Shown: positions 12,590 through 25,093 of the stretch, piece after piece | Position numbering within the stretch: position 1 is the stretch's first letter | How the letters are laid out: the number at the start of each line of letters is the position of its first letter | NCBI GenBank assembly: GCA_044892525.1 | Contig: CM097885.1 | Coordinates: forward strand, 8,062,001-8,126,000 | Source: Schmidtea polychroa | Lineage: Eukaryota | DNA length: 64,000 bases | Reading direction: 5' to 3' | Notes under the pieces: model-generated | Databases searched by the model: none | What the model saw: the letters and a program-made list of their open reading frames with translations, nothing else | Told to the model about the DNA's origin: nothing | Made by a program: the position numbers and the translations under genes

Positions 12590-14060
12590 AGTTTCTATTT
12601 TATGCTTCAACAGCTTTGTGTAGCCAATGTCCCATTTATCAGCCATAAAAACATTTTGATTCTTTTTTATAATATCTAGTTATATCGGGTTATTTATCTT
12701 TAAAGTATTCTTTGCTTTTTGAAATCGTTCCATCTCCGTTATTGTCTTCCCAAATTTGGCTTTGATACTGCATATGTGGTCTTGCTTCGTTTTCTTGACT
12801 TCTTCTACTGGCAACTATAGTTGTATACCAAATTGTTTTTGCAGCTCTATACCACCAATTACCTCTGGGGTCATATATCTTACTATCGTAAACTTTACCC
12901 TTCTTTTCCTGCCATTTATTCCTATTTCTAATATTGCTTTACCTTTCGTTTCTAAAACACTATTATATGCACATCTCAATGTATCAGTCGTTGTTGTTAG
13001 TTCTACATCTTTAAGTTTTTCAAATTTGCTCCAAATCATGACATTTACTGTAGCTCCTGTATCTACCAAGCATCCCATCTTCTTGTCTTGTATTCTAATA
13101 ATTACACTTGGTCGGCCTTGTATTTTATGATAACAAATAATATCATTTTTCAATTCATCTATTGTGAGTATTTGTATTTTTTCTCTTTCTGCAAAATCCT
13201 TTTTATGAATCTGTTTACTTTTCTTATTACATTATTTTCTTCTTCCGTTACCTGCGTATCTATCACATCTTTTCTATCTCCTCTTCTATCGGGGCGTTGA
13301 TATTTGGGTATTCTCTGTATTTATCTTCTATTCTTTCATCACTTGGTTCGTCTATGAATGCTACGTATCTCTTGTCTGCTTGTCTTGTATCCTTTCTAGT
13401 TCCTTGATAACTTTGCCCTGCTTCGTATCGCTCTTGTTTTCTTCCAAAATTCTCATTGATTCTCCGATATCTCATTCTCTCCAAATTTGTGTAACAATCT
13501 GCCTCTTTATGATCTCCCAAAATACACCTCGTACACCTTATTTTTTGACAATCTCTTCTCACGTGTCCCGGGGTACCACACGCATAACATTCGACTACCT
13601 TTCTCTGCATCTGTGAACACTGACTTCTTTCATGTCCTTATCTTCCACATGTAGATCATGTAACTGCCTTCCTTGTTATGCAATATCTACTCAAATGTCC
13701 TACCTTGTGACATGTCAAACATTCGTTCTTAATTCTGTTCGGTCTTTCTTCTTCATACTCTCTCGGTTCGTTATTATATCTTGGTGATACAATATTTTAT
13801 TGCTTGATTTGTTACCGCGTCTCAAGACAAGAAGTAACGCGTCTATAACTTCTTGTTATATTCTGTTTTGGACTTTTTTCTCTCACTGCATAGATCTCTT
13901 CTGCAACTATACGAGATTCGTAACTTCTTGATTTCTTTCTTCACTTCTGTTGTTCCTTTGATGTCACTTTGACACAATTCTCGCTTTAAAGTCTTCTCGG
14001 TTGCACAGTGTAACAGCAGATATTCTGTTAAACTTTCTTTGTTTAACTCATGCCTCAATA
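12590..14060 (-). pseudogene. Degenerate Ty3/Gypsy gag (CCHC knuckles) and aspartic protease
   Basis: CLTCHKVGHLSRYC, CYACGTPGHVRRDC, CTRCILGDHKEADC; CLVDTGA; stops and frameshifts. Confidence 0.85.
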
Positions 14061-14082
14061 TTTCATATGATAGTATAATGAT

Positions 14083-14444
14083 TAGGCTTGCCAGGTGTAC
14101 GTTATTTGAACGTACCGTAAGTTATTTTGGCTTACAAAATAAGAATGTACGTTATTTACGGAATTAGTGAAAAAGTACCTAAAGGTACGTTTAATTACTG
14201 ATTATTTTTTGGTTTGTTTTGTTATAATATAATTTTTGTCCAGTTCAACTTTAATGAAGCAGCGTTTATGTATTCTTAAAGTCTTATTTCTGGAATATTT
14301 GTTAGAAAAAAGTATTTAAATGTAAATCTTCTTTTAATTTTATTTAAGATCTATATATGATAGAAAAAGAAATTGGTGTTTTTGGAATTTGTGCCATAAA
14401 ATTTTTGTATGTACGTTTTTTCGAAATTTTATCTGGCAAGCCTA
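14083..14444. mobile_element. hAT-type MITE
   Basis: TIR TAGGCTTGCCAG / CTGGCAAGCCTA; 8-bp TSD ATAATGAT on both sides. Confidence 0.85.
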
Positions 14445-15562
14445 ATAATGATAGTAAAATATTTATCGTGCTCCTCGCTCGTCTGTCTATAAGACATAGC
14501 AGATTGTGAATTTTTAAATTTTATAAATTTTAAGCGTTGAATAAAATATTTCAAAAACCATTTATTAAAATTTCGATATTTAAAAATAATTTACTAATAA
14601 AATCTTGTTTAATTTTTCATTTTAAAAAATTCAACTTAAAAATGTTTTTTTTAAAAAAGTTATTTTAAATAGTCAATTATTTATCATTTAAAATTATTTT
14701 AATAAATCATTGAAATATTTAATTCTCAGCTGAAAACACCTCACAACTATCACACGTTTTCATAACTATTGCACAAGTAAAAAAATTTACCATTCTATCT
14801 TCTGTCTGTAAAATATGACATTATGTTTGAATAATTTATTTCACATGCACTGTCGATTATATTATGACCAACTGTTTATAGAGCGATAGGCTGTAGGCTG
14901 TCTGGATGTCTGGATGATGAATTTCATGTCAAGGTCGACGGGCGGGACACATAAAATAAAGAAGATATGAAAGGGTTAATCATTCATGCCCCACTTCTTA
15001 AAACGTCATTGAAGTAGTCTATTAAACGTGCCAACCTTCGCTAATTTAATTCTAAGCATTAGTTTAGTATTATTTTGTACTCAACTGAACTGATGAACCG
15101 TATTTTTTTTATTATAAAATGCTCATTCACGACTGAATATAACAACGTACATAAAATTATTTCATCGACCGCTATTTTTGCATACTGGCAATACTGGCTA
15201 TCTAAGTTTGACAGCTACTTTAAAGGGGCCGGTGGCCCATATGACTTTTGAAAATACTACGATAGGACAAGGTATAAAGAAGGTTTGGAAACACTGCATT
15301 AACTGGTCATTCACAATCATGTCATACATAATATTCATTTTAAGGGTTAATTACGCCAGATTTCCGATCGATAATTTTATTCCTTCTAATCTAGTAATTT
15401 AGTACCTCCTCCCAAAATGATATTTTTTGTATTTTATAAATTACAAAATTAAATGATAAATTTTATTTAAAAATTGAAATATATTTTTATATAATTTTAT
15501 TACTAGCCAATTTTTGGAAATTGTTTATTTATATCGAAAATAGCGGCGATTTTGAAGGATAA

Positions 15563-15868
15563 ATGAAAATTTTGTTTTTTGCTAAATCAAGGGAATTAGT
15601 TGGAACAAAAGAAGCAGAAATCAATTTTCCTGATGATAGATATAGATATAAAATGCTAAAGAATTATATTAAATCACAATTCCCTATGTTTCTTTAGTTT
15701 AATAACATTCGGTACAACTGATTTTATTTTTTCAGGTTGCAGGAATATTTAGATTGTTGTGTATTAGCTTTGAATGCCGAATATTTGGATTATAAAAATG
15801 AAGAAGTTGAAGTTCTATTGAAAGACGATGATGTAATCTCTGTGATACCGCCAGTCAGTGGCGGTTGA
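15563..15868 (+). CDS. MOCS2A: Molybdopterin synthase sulfur-carrier subunit (MoaD-like), two exons (intron 15688-15735); missed by the ORF track
   Basis: MKILFFAKSRELVG...VISVIPPVSGG*. Confidence 0.9.
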
Positions 15869-18583
15869 ATTAATTGGAAATTTTATATTGAAATTTAATA
15901 AATTTTTACATTTTGTTTCATTTTAATAAAATGCCGAATTGTCAGATTTTTTCATTGACAACTCAATTAACAATTTTTGATTTTGGTTACTTTATCTTTC
16001 TAATCTTTATCTCGTAATTTGGTGAAATTTTAATAAGAATTATGCGTTCACAGTGTATTTTTGCTTTAGCGTATAAATTTTATATCTTGACAAATCACGT
16101 TTTAAAATTTTTACCAGTTATTTATTGTGAACTCTTAGATTTTTTCGAGTTATTCCATGGGTGCAGGGTACTGAGGAAGTGCATAAACGGCAATTGTTTA
16201 AAGCAGTGTTTCCCACCGACAGCAATTCCGGGCCCCTAAACAGTTGTTAATCGTACAACGCATAAAGTAGCAGATGACGTGACCTGTGCGTGTGTCCTAT
16301 AGTACACAAATGATACGCATGGTTTCAGTATCAGTAATCATGGTTAGCAAGTAGCACAGCTTTTAATTCCAGCATTAAAAAAATCAAAATTTTATTTAGT
16401 TTATTTTTGAATATTGATACCGATGTTGATCCAATTGTTGATGTTCGTTCAATTTATTCTGATGGCATTCAGATGCTTGAACTTTAAACGGATTGTAGTT
16501 AAGTTAACTTAAGTGTCAGTAATATTATATTTAAATACATAACAAATCGAACCCGGGCCCCTGAGCATTTGCACCTTTTGCGCCCCCCTCTCGGAGAGCC
16601 TAGCCCTACCTAAGCCTTTCAAAATTCAGTTGAACTATCAACATTGGTACTGTGTCGTATGGCTGAATACTCGAGAAAAGCGAGCGTACGTTGGTAGTCG
16701 TAGAAAATTTGGGTGGGTTCGCAAGCTGTCGATAGATGGACTTCAATCAGGTCCCTTTATCTTATATTATACTAATTCGAAATCGTGAATTAAAGCCAAA
16801 TGAAATTGTGTCCTATGCCATAATATTGATTAAAAAATCTTTCAATTTTCAGGTGAACAACAAATCACAACGTGAAACAAGTGTTGGATGATGAGGTAGA
16901 CCCATCACCACATCTACCTTGGATAAATACGACAGAACGGGTCCAGAAAAGTATAGAGTGAACGTGTATGCGGTGGAGCGGATATAACAAAAGGACAATT
17001 TCCCAGTAATCAAATTGTCAAACCAGTGATTCAATGACTTATATATGATCAATTTATGACTCTATGTCTATCCTTATTTATATTAGATGTTTCATTTCTT
17101 GAATTAATTACATCCATATTTTTAAAAACAACACAAAATCTTTCTTATTTAAACTATCTCTGTTTTTAGCTTTGAGGATATTTTCGCAAGAATAATTGAA
17201 TAGGGAATATTCGTACACGAGCATTCAATAAATATTTTATATTTTAATTTTCAATCATTCTTAGATATATTTAATTTATAATTTTAATTTATAATTTTAT
17301 TATCTGCTTTTATTATATCATTTAAATATATTTAAAACTGGAAATTAAATACTTATTCTATTTATTTACTTTTACAATTTATCCAAAACATTATCGAACT
17401 TTAATTTTATTTTTGGATTTTACGTTATATGTGGAACTTAATTATCTCTGTATAAATTTTATATGTATAATTTATTTTATTTGTAGTGTTTTATTTTTAT
17501 AATTTATTTTATTGGGGTCTTATCTCTTTGTAGTGTATTATGAATAATTTAATTATCATTATAAACATAAAAAATAAAACTTAATTATAATTTGGGAAAT
17601 TTTGGAAAAAAAAAATTTTTATAGTATTTTTTTAATTTTCTTTTTATTAATAATTTTTTTCTTGTTTTTTTCCTTACATTCTGCACTCTTTGTCATAGCT
17701 CCTTCGTATGTAAATACGAGCCCTAACATTCCGAATTAATTTGATAATGTCCATCGTATGTAAATATGATCAACAACCATTCTTAATTTTTTACATTATT
17801 AATTATTTATTTTACTTATTATTCTTTTATTTTCGAGTTGGCAGATTTTTCAAATGCGTTGTTTCTCTCTTAAGTTTGTAGAACTACACATCGCCGCATC
17901 AAGGTTCACTTGGAATGGTTGGTATGCTTACCAGGTATCAAATTGGATACTTAGGACCGCGGATTTCACAGATCGCATATCGATATCTTACGAAAAGGAT
18001 AAAGTAAAGTTTCGTAGGCAAACTCGTGGGGAGGAGATTGTAAAGATCAATTGATTGGACGGACTAACGGCGAGAGAATCGGTATGGTTAGATTATAAAT
18101 CAGTCAATAGCGTATTCGGTTCTAGTTATATACTATAGTCCGAGGGAACGGCAAAGTGACAAGTGGTACGAAGTATTTGAGGAGATATTACCTCTTAGAC
18201 AACCGGTAAACAAAAAATAGTCAGGGAGAACATGGTGATACATCCCGTGATGTGGCAACATCTTAGACAATTACCACCTATCAGACAAATATCTTGTCAG
18301 ACGACTCCAAATCTGACGAATTGTTGTGATTGCAATTCCCTCGCTAACTTCAAAGTAGGATACATTCTGAAAGTACCCATAGGTGTATGGATCACGGTAT
18401 CGGCAGTATTATCATTAGTGACCACGCTAATAGCTATGGGCATTTGGACCAAGCTGTATTTTAAAAAAGCTATAAACGCCTTCGAAGGAGTGCTGATGTC
18501 GAAATTATGACAATTACAGACTCCCCGAGGGAAAAATCATATATGAATATATATTATATATATTATTATATACATATTATATA

Positions 18584-18621
<38 letters not shown>

Positions 18622-19464
18622 TCTATATTTATGTAGATCTTCAGGTAGCAATAAAATCTAGCATATGTAGTTCCTTTATAAGAAGACTCATGCATATCTT
18701 TTCAGCCTATTAGGGTATATTAGTATATCTGATATTTTGGTTAATCATTTTTATTTCAGGAATGTAGGGTTATCAAATATCCCAATACCAAGAAAGACAT
18801 AGCATTATATGTGCTAACACCCTACTCAAGGAGAAGTTGATTTATAAAAATTTTGAAAAGCAAATAACCGAACAAAGTAGAAAGGGGCAACGGCATTGGT
18901 TCTACGGCCATTGCTCAGGTATTCCCAACAACTTTAAATTTGACGATGCTCCAAAACGCCAAATGATAATAACAAAAATCCCGGACAAGCAAAATGTCAG
19001 CATCTTCGACAATCATTACAATCCAACCAAATCATTCAAATTAATGAACATTTATTGAACAATAACATTTACATTCTGTGAATATAATTTTATGTGGACA
19101 TTAATTGAATATTTAACATTTTGATTCTGTGCAAACATTATTTGAGCTTGTTTATTTATGCTTGCATTGTATATTATTTAGTTTTTTTTATTTTTATTTT
19201 TATTTTTATTTTGTTTTGGCTGCAATTATCTTGTCTTCACCGCTTTAATTTTCGGGACGCAAATCTTGTTAGAGGGAAGACATGTTTGGGTTCAGTAGGA
19301 GCCAGAATAAGGACATAAAGAGAATTTAGGAAAGGTGGTCAATCCTAAGTTGCATTTTGGATTGAATTTGTGAATGTGGTTAACTTGGTGAATTGATTTT
19401 TAATTGATTTGTTTTTATGGTTATGAATTATAATTGATAGAAAAGAAAAGAAAGTTAAAGTTTT

Positions 19465-20199
19465 ATGTCAGTTCGAAATTTGCAAACGTTTGATCCTTTT
19501 ACTGAAAGTGAAGATAGACGGTCTTATCGGAATCTATATAAATCTTATATGTCGAGTATGTCAGAAAAAGCTTCTATTTTAAAAAGTTTGATCCATCAAA
19601 TACAAAAACGGTTTTATCGAAATCTATATAAATCTTATATGTCGAGTATATCAGAAAGAGCTCCTATTTTAGAAAGTTTTATCCATCAAATAGAAAACAT
19701 ATATGGTCTTGCCAGTAATCTTCAGGTAGAAGGTGCGACAGATGAATTAAAATCATCACCAGTGCGTCGAATGTTATGTTTAATTATTATAATCGACTTA
19801 GTGATATGTGTTCTTCTTTGGATAATATATTTGCAGCAACATCCACCTCTTATTGACAATTTGAAAAAGGAAGTTCTCAATTATACTTTTAACAATTCAT
19901 TATTCGATATGACCGTTTTATCCGGTTGTAGGTTTTTGTATTTAGAAATCGCTTATGGTTGTGTTAAATCACAATTTCCTTGGTATATTTCTGTATCTAC
20001 ATTAATTACCAGTGTGTTGTCCATTATTAAACTGGTTCTTAATATGGTTAATGATCGTGTTGTATATAAATATTTAATGATAATTCTTTCATTTATCGCC
20101 GCATGGATTGAAACAATATTTTTAATTTACCGTGTTTTGCCAAAAGAAAAAGTAGCTGAAAGGACCATGGAACACTATAGATTTATTTCTCAGCAATAA
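19465..20199 (+). CDS. Intronless MENTAL-domain (STARD3NL/MLN64 N-terminal-like) membrane protein
   Basis: SPVRRMLCLIIIIDL...LLWII, SLFD, YLMIILSFIAAWIETIFL..RVLP.E; four hydrophobic segments. Confidence 0.75.
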   Translation: MSVRNLQTFDPFTESEDRRSYRNLYKSYMSSMSEKASILKSLIHQIQKRFYRNLYKSYMSSISERAPILESFIHQIENIYGLASNLQVEGATDELKSSPVRRMLCLIIIIDLVICVLLWIIYLQQHPPLIDNLKKEVLNYTFNNSLFDMTVLSGCRFLYLEIAYGCVKSQFPWYISVSTLITSVLSIIKLVLNMVNDRVVYKYLMIILSFIAAWIETIFLIYRVLPKEKVAERTMEHYRFISQQ

Positions 20200-23118
20200 A
20201 GGAATAAATTATATAGTATTTAAAAAATTACTTAAAATAGAAATAGACTACTATAATAAGAATTAGAGTAAAAATAGTAATTAAAAATTACTACATTTAG
20301 AAATTAAACAAAAATAGTATTTTATTAAATAGGTATACCTATATTTAGTAATTAAATAATTACTATAAATAGAATTATTAACTTTAAATTAATATAAATA
20401 GTAATACAAATTTGAGCAGAAGGACAAAAAATTAGATAGACAAATTTGCACCTACAAATTTAGATCGAGAGAAGTAGTCTGAAAAACTCTGAAGAAATTA
20501 GAGAGAAATTTAGATTTTAATTAGTATAACTCAAGATATTGATTTGACGAGAAGGCTCACAATAAACCAGATACTAGTGGTGTTATACTCAAAACTAAAC
20601 AACTGTCTAGCAATCAATATTGATTTAACATATTATCGGAATTTCACTTTGTAAATTATTTTTCTGCTATAATCAACCTATTTTGGGTTTTCTTATAGTT
20701 GCTCGTTGGAAATTAATTGCACCGAAGAAATTCGTTAGTGAAGAGATCATTCAATTGAATTCGGTAAATTTTTAATTAACTTTTCTAAATATTCGGGAAC
20801 TCAGCGTCAGTATACACTTTTGTGGCTGTATCGTATTTGGGTATTAGTTAAAATCTTATCCGCTTCTAGGATTAAGACTATCGCGCTTAAAATCTTGGGA
20901 ATCACTCTCATCTTTTTCTTTGCACCTATATCGGGTTGTTGGCGCATTTAGGGCCAGCCTTGATTCTTAGAAGTAATTTTTAGGGTGGTTTGAATAACCG
21001 ATATCTGAACGTTAACCGATATCACCGTTCACTTACTTAGCACCAGTTTTGTTTTTATTATTTAATAAGTTTTATAATCTATTTAGTTTGAAATAAATAT
21101 TTGCAAAAAACCATATCGTTATTTATTTATTTAATAAACATATATCATACACGCAACCAATCAATCTCAGTAGAGTCAAAACTTTATCTGTGTTAGATTG
21201 AGTACCGCATTGAACCTAACACAATTAAGCCGTCATTTTTAAGAGCATTTTATTAATTAATCGCATTTAATAAATTGAGTGTCCCTTACTGCACATACCT
21301 CGTCCTAATCTCCATCAGCTTCTGGTACGGATGTGTGTGACGTTTTAGGCATTGTTTTCATTTAGAAAATGACTATTTTCTGCATATATCTTGGTACATG
21401 AAGGTGCAAGTCTAATTTCTCTCCCCTTCATTACGGCACAAGCAATGTCTTGAAAAAGATCATTTTTTCGTTCTCCTCTGCTCACAGTGGTCATTTAGTG
21501 TACCTATTGATCTAGAGAAGTATGTTGGTGATATACCTGCTTCAGCTATATGCTACCTCACCGGGATTGTCCTGCGTTTTTGCACACTTTCTCACCGTTC
21601 ACTTACTTAGTGTGTATGTTCCTACACGGAAGGTTTATTTAAACCGGGAAATGTGGTAATGGATTCACATTTGACACTCACTCAACTTTCCTAATGTATT
21701 TGTATTGCTAGTATATCGTGTAACTTCATAACGAGTTTCCAGTGAGCTCACGCTTCCCATTAGCTCGGAATTCCCGTTACGGATTAATTAACTTTAACTA
21801 ATTTGTTTTTACGTTAAAATTTTCCGCATGAACCCCTTATTAAATTTTCATTATAATTTCTGAATTTGTCTTTAAATTTGGCGTTCAATCATACCCGTTT
21901 CCCTGTTCAATATTGATTTTCGATTTTTATTAAATTTTAATTAATTTTGTACTTTTGTTGTTCCGAGCTTTTTATTGATTTTAATAATATTTGTTACACT
22001 TTCCTTTTATTCTTTTCCTTAGGTTTTTAATACTTTTAATACCCACTAATTTTTTTCTCAACAAATGTGTGTTGGGTGGAGCTTTTTATGCTGTGTTATG
22101 TAATTACTGCAAAATGTTTATTTGTTTAACGTCTCTGTCTGTTAAGTAATAAGACCTCATTCACGTTATCTTAAAAGGATAGCTTTCATTTGGAATAATT
22201 TTTGAGCGAAAAAAAATGTGATTTTATGTCGCTATTTTTACTAATTTCTATACTTATATTTTACAGCTGATAATATATGCTATATAAAAAAATAAAAATA
22301 TATTATCATTATTCCTGCATGTTAGAAAACCACTTAATGTACGTGCCCGTGACATATACGGGCGAACATTATATTTACTTATGATATTTACGTATAGCGT
22401 GTTTATAACGTGTTGTTTGAATTGTTTAATTATTTAATTTTTTTGAATTACTTTCTTTATTATATTATTTTTATTATATTATTACACAAAATTCAAAATA
22501 AATGTGTACATTAAGTGGTTAACAGTTGTTATTATTAAAAAATATATTATAAAGTGATGATTTTTTGGGTTACAGTATTAAATGTTAAATAATTAAATGA
22601 TAATTTAAGTATTTTGCTGGGAAGTATATATTTAATAAAATGAAAGAATTTTCAACTATAAAAATATTATTTTTCAATTTCCTGTACCTTTTTCCATAAT
22701 GGTTAAATCATAAACTAAATCAAAAATCTTTATGAGGAATTTTAAAATTTATTTAAATTAAATTCCCCTTAATATTCAAAACTAGGTCATAGAAACTTAC
22801 GTTTATAAATAATATCGTAAAATATTTATAAAAAAAGTCATTATTACTTTGAGTTTTCAGTATTATGACAACAGATTTAACTTTAGATAAAAATAAATAT
22901 CCACCAATTTTTTAAGATAAACATTTAAAATTTATCTATGAAATTAATTCTTTTTCAAATTTTCAGAGCAAAATAACTAACAAATCTATTATTAAAATTG
23001 AAAATAACGGTGTAATAAAGAAAATGTACTTTAAATAGTTTAGTTTAAATAATACTTCAGATATAAATTTAAAATTAATAAAAATTGTTATTTTTAATGA
23101 ATTATTATTTTTTTGAAA

Positions 23119-25093
23119 ATGAATGATGATATTAATCGGATTATGAAATGTCTAACATTGTCAGTACATGAAAATGAAGTAATTACTTTTTCAAATTTAA
23201 TTAATGACATTTTAGTTATTAAAAGTTTTTAAAAAATGATTTTAAATCCACATATTTATTAAGATTACGAATCTCCAAAGTTTATCATGGGCTATAAACA
23301 AATTAGAAAATTTTCCAATGACTTTTGATGTATTGGATCAATCCAGAATTGGCCAAACATTGCAATCAGTTCGTCATTCAAAAAAGATCTCAGCCGATAT
23401 CAGTGAACGAATCAGATATCTAATCAAGTGTTGGCGTCGATTGCTCGATGTCAATTGCCAATCAATCATTCCAAATGAAATCCGAAAAGGTTTCTCTTCA
23501 GTTAAACCACCTGAAATGAATGGAATTAAAAATGGTTATATCAAAGAAAAAATTTCATCAGACATAAAAAATCTTAATGGAATTAATCACACGAATTCTC
23601 TCGAAATAATAAATCATTCTGAAAATGAAAGAGTTCCCATATCAGATCAAAATACTAATAAAACTGATGAAATTAATTCTACAGAAATTATTGAGAAAGA
23701 AGCATCGGAAAATGAATTGCCTAATTGTAATGAAAATCAACAAATTAAAGAAAGTGTTTTAATAGAAAATAGCATTTGCAATGAATCGTTGGAGTTGGAA
23801 ATTACTGCAAAAATCACATCAGAACAAAACCCAATTATTGAACCGGTTCCGGAAAATGTTACACTCGATGGTTCATTTAACAGTCAAACGAACCAAGAAA
23901 ATATTTGCCAGGAAATCGAGCAACCGAATTTGAGTGGGGTCGTTGATGAAAATGTCGCTTTAAATAGCGAATCAAAATCGACCAATCGAAATCAACTCGG
24001 TAAGCCGAAACTGAAATCCACGAAAGAATTGCTAGCCGATTTTTCAAATCTCATCGATACCGACACGAAAAACAAAATCCTTTTGGACAAAATCACTCAA
24101 GAAGATGACGATCCTGTTTCTTATCATCCAGAAGAGTACAAATTACGGGAAATTATCCAACAGAAACATCTTTTCGTTGAATCCCCGACAAAAATCACAC
24201 TAGACGAGAAACAGGAAGAGGAACGAGAAATCAATGAAGAGATCGACAGAGTCATTGAACGAGTAATCGAAACAAAAAAAGAAACGAAATGCGACAAACT
24301 GCTGAAGAGATTCCAATCAATTTGTGGAATCCAGCCGACCCTCATCATAAAACCAATGGTTCCCTGGAAAAACCTCAAACGAGGAATCGATTGCTCATCG
24401 CCTTACATCAAACTGTCGAAAGTCAGAAAAATCGACGAATCCGAAAACCAACCGAAATACTCAATTGCCGATATCAACGATCTTTTGCAGACATTCGAAA
24501 TGCGTGCCCAGCGAAAAGACTTGATAACTGCGGCAATCCAAGAACGAAAAGAAATCAAAATCGTCGACAACACTCAATCGATAACCGATTTGTCATTAAA
24601 ACTCAAATTGAAAATACCGCCCCAGCAGCAAAAGAAAATTAAAATACTCAAAATCAAAAAACGAAAAAAGAAAAAGAAGAAAAAGAAACAACCTAAACCA
24701 AAAATCGTTATTAAAAAACCCCGTAAACCAGTAGTGAAACCGAAACCTCCGATAACAAATTTCCTGGACGACTTTCCTAAATTGCCGGAATTGATGGAAA
24801 GTGTTGAGGAACTAATTGATGAAGATTTTTCAATTAATCGACAAGAATTTCTCGATTCCGATGACCACATCAATCGGTTCACATACGAAACCGTTGAAGG
24901 TTATAACTGCACCAAACATACTCAATCATCAGAATTGTTAAAATTGACCCAAATGTATTCCTTGTTAATTGATGATAATTATCTTCACGTTTTCCCTTGG
25001 GTCGATTTGGAATATCCAGCCAAATCGACGTTTTCATCCGAAGCCGATCAAATCATCCAAACTGCTCTAGATTTATCGCAATTGTATTCTTGA
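23119..25093 (+). CDS. MED26: Mediator subunit 26-like; exon 1 23119-23178, exon 2 23264-25093
   Basis: TFIIS-N/LW domain LENFPMTFDVLDQSRIG...LIKCWRRL; C-terminal LHVFPWV; in-frame GT-AG splice. Confidence 0.75.

Larger units (their letters stand above)
12103..14745. mobile_element. TIR element with TGT...ACA ends (~190-bp TIRs) enclosing a Gypsy gag-pro fragment
   Basis: TGTGAGGTGTTTTCAGCTGAG at 12103 versus CTCAGCTGAAAACACCTCACA ending at 14745. Confidence 0.7.
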
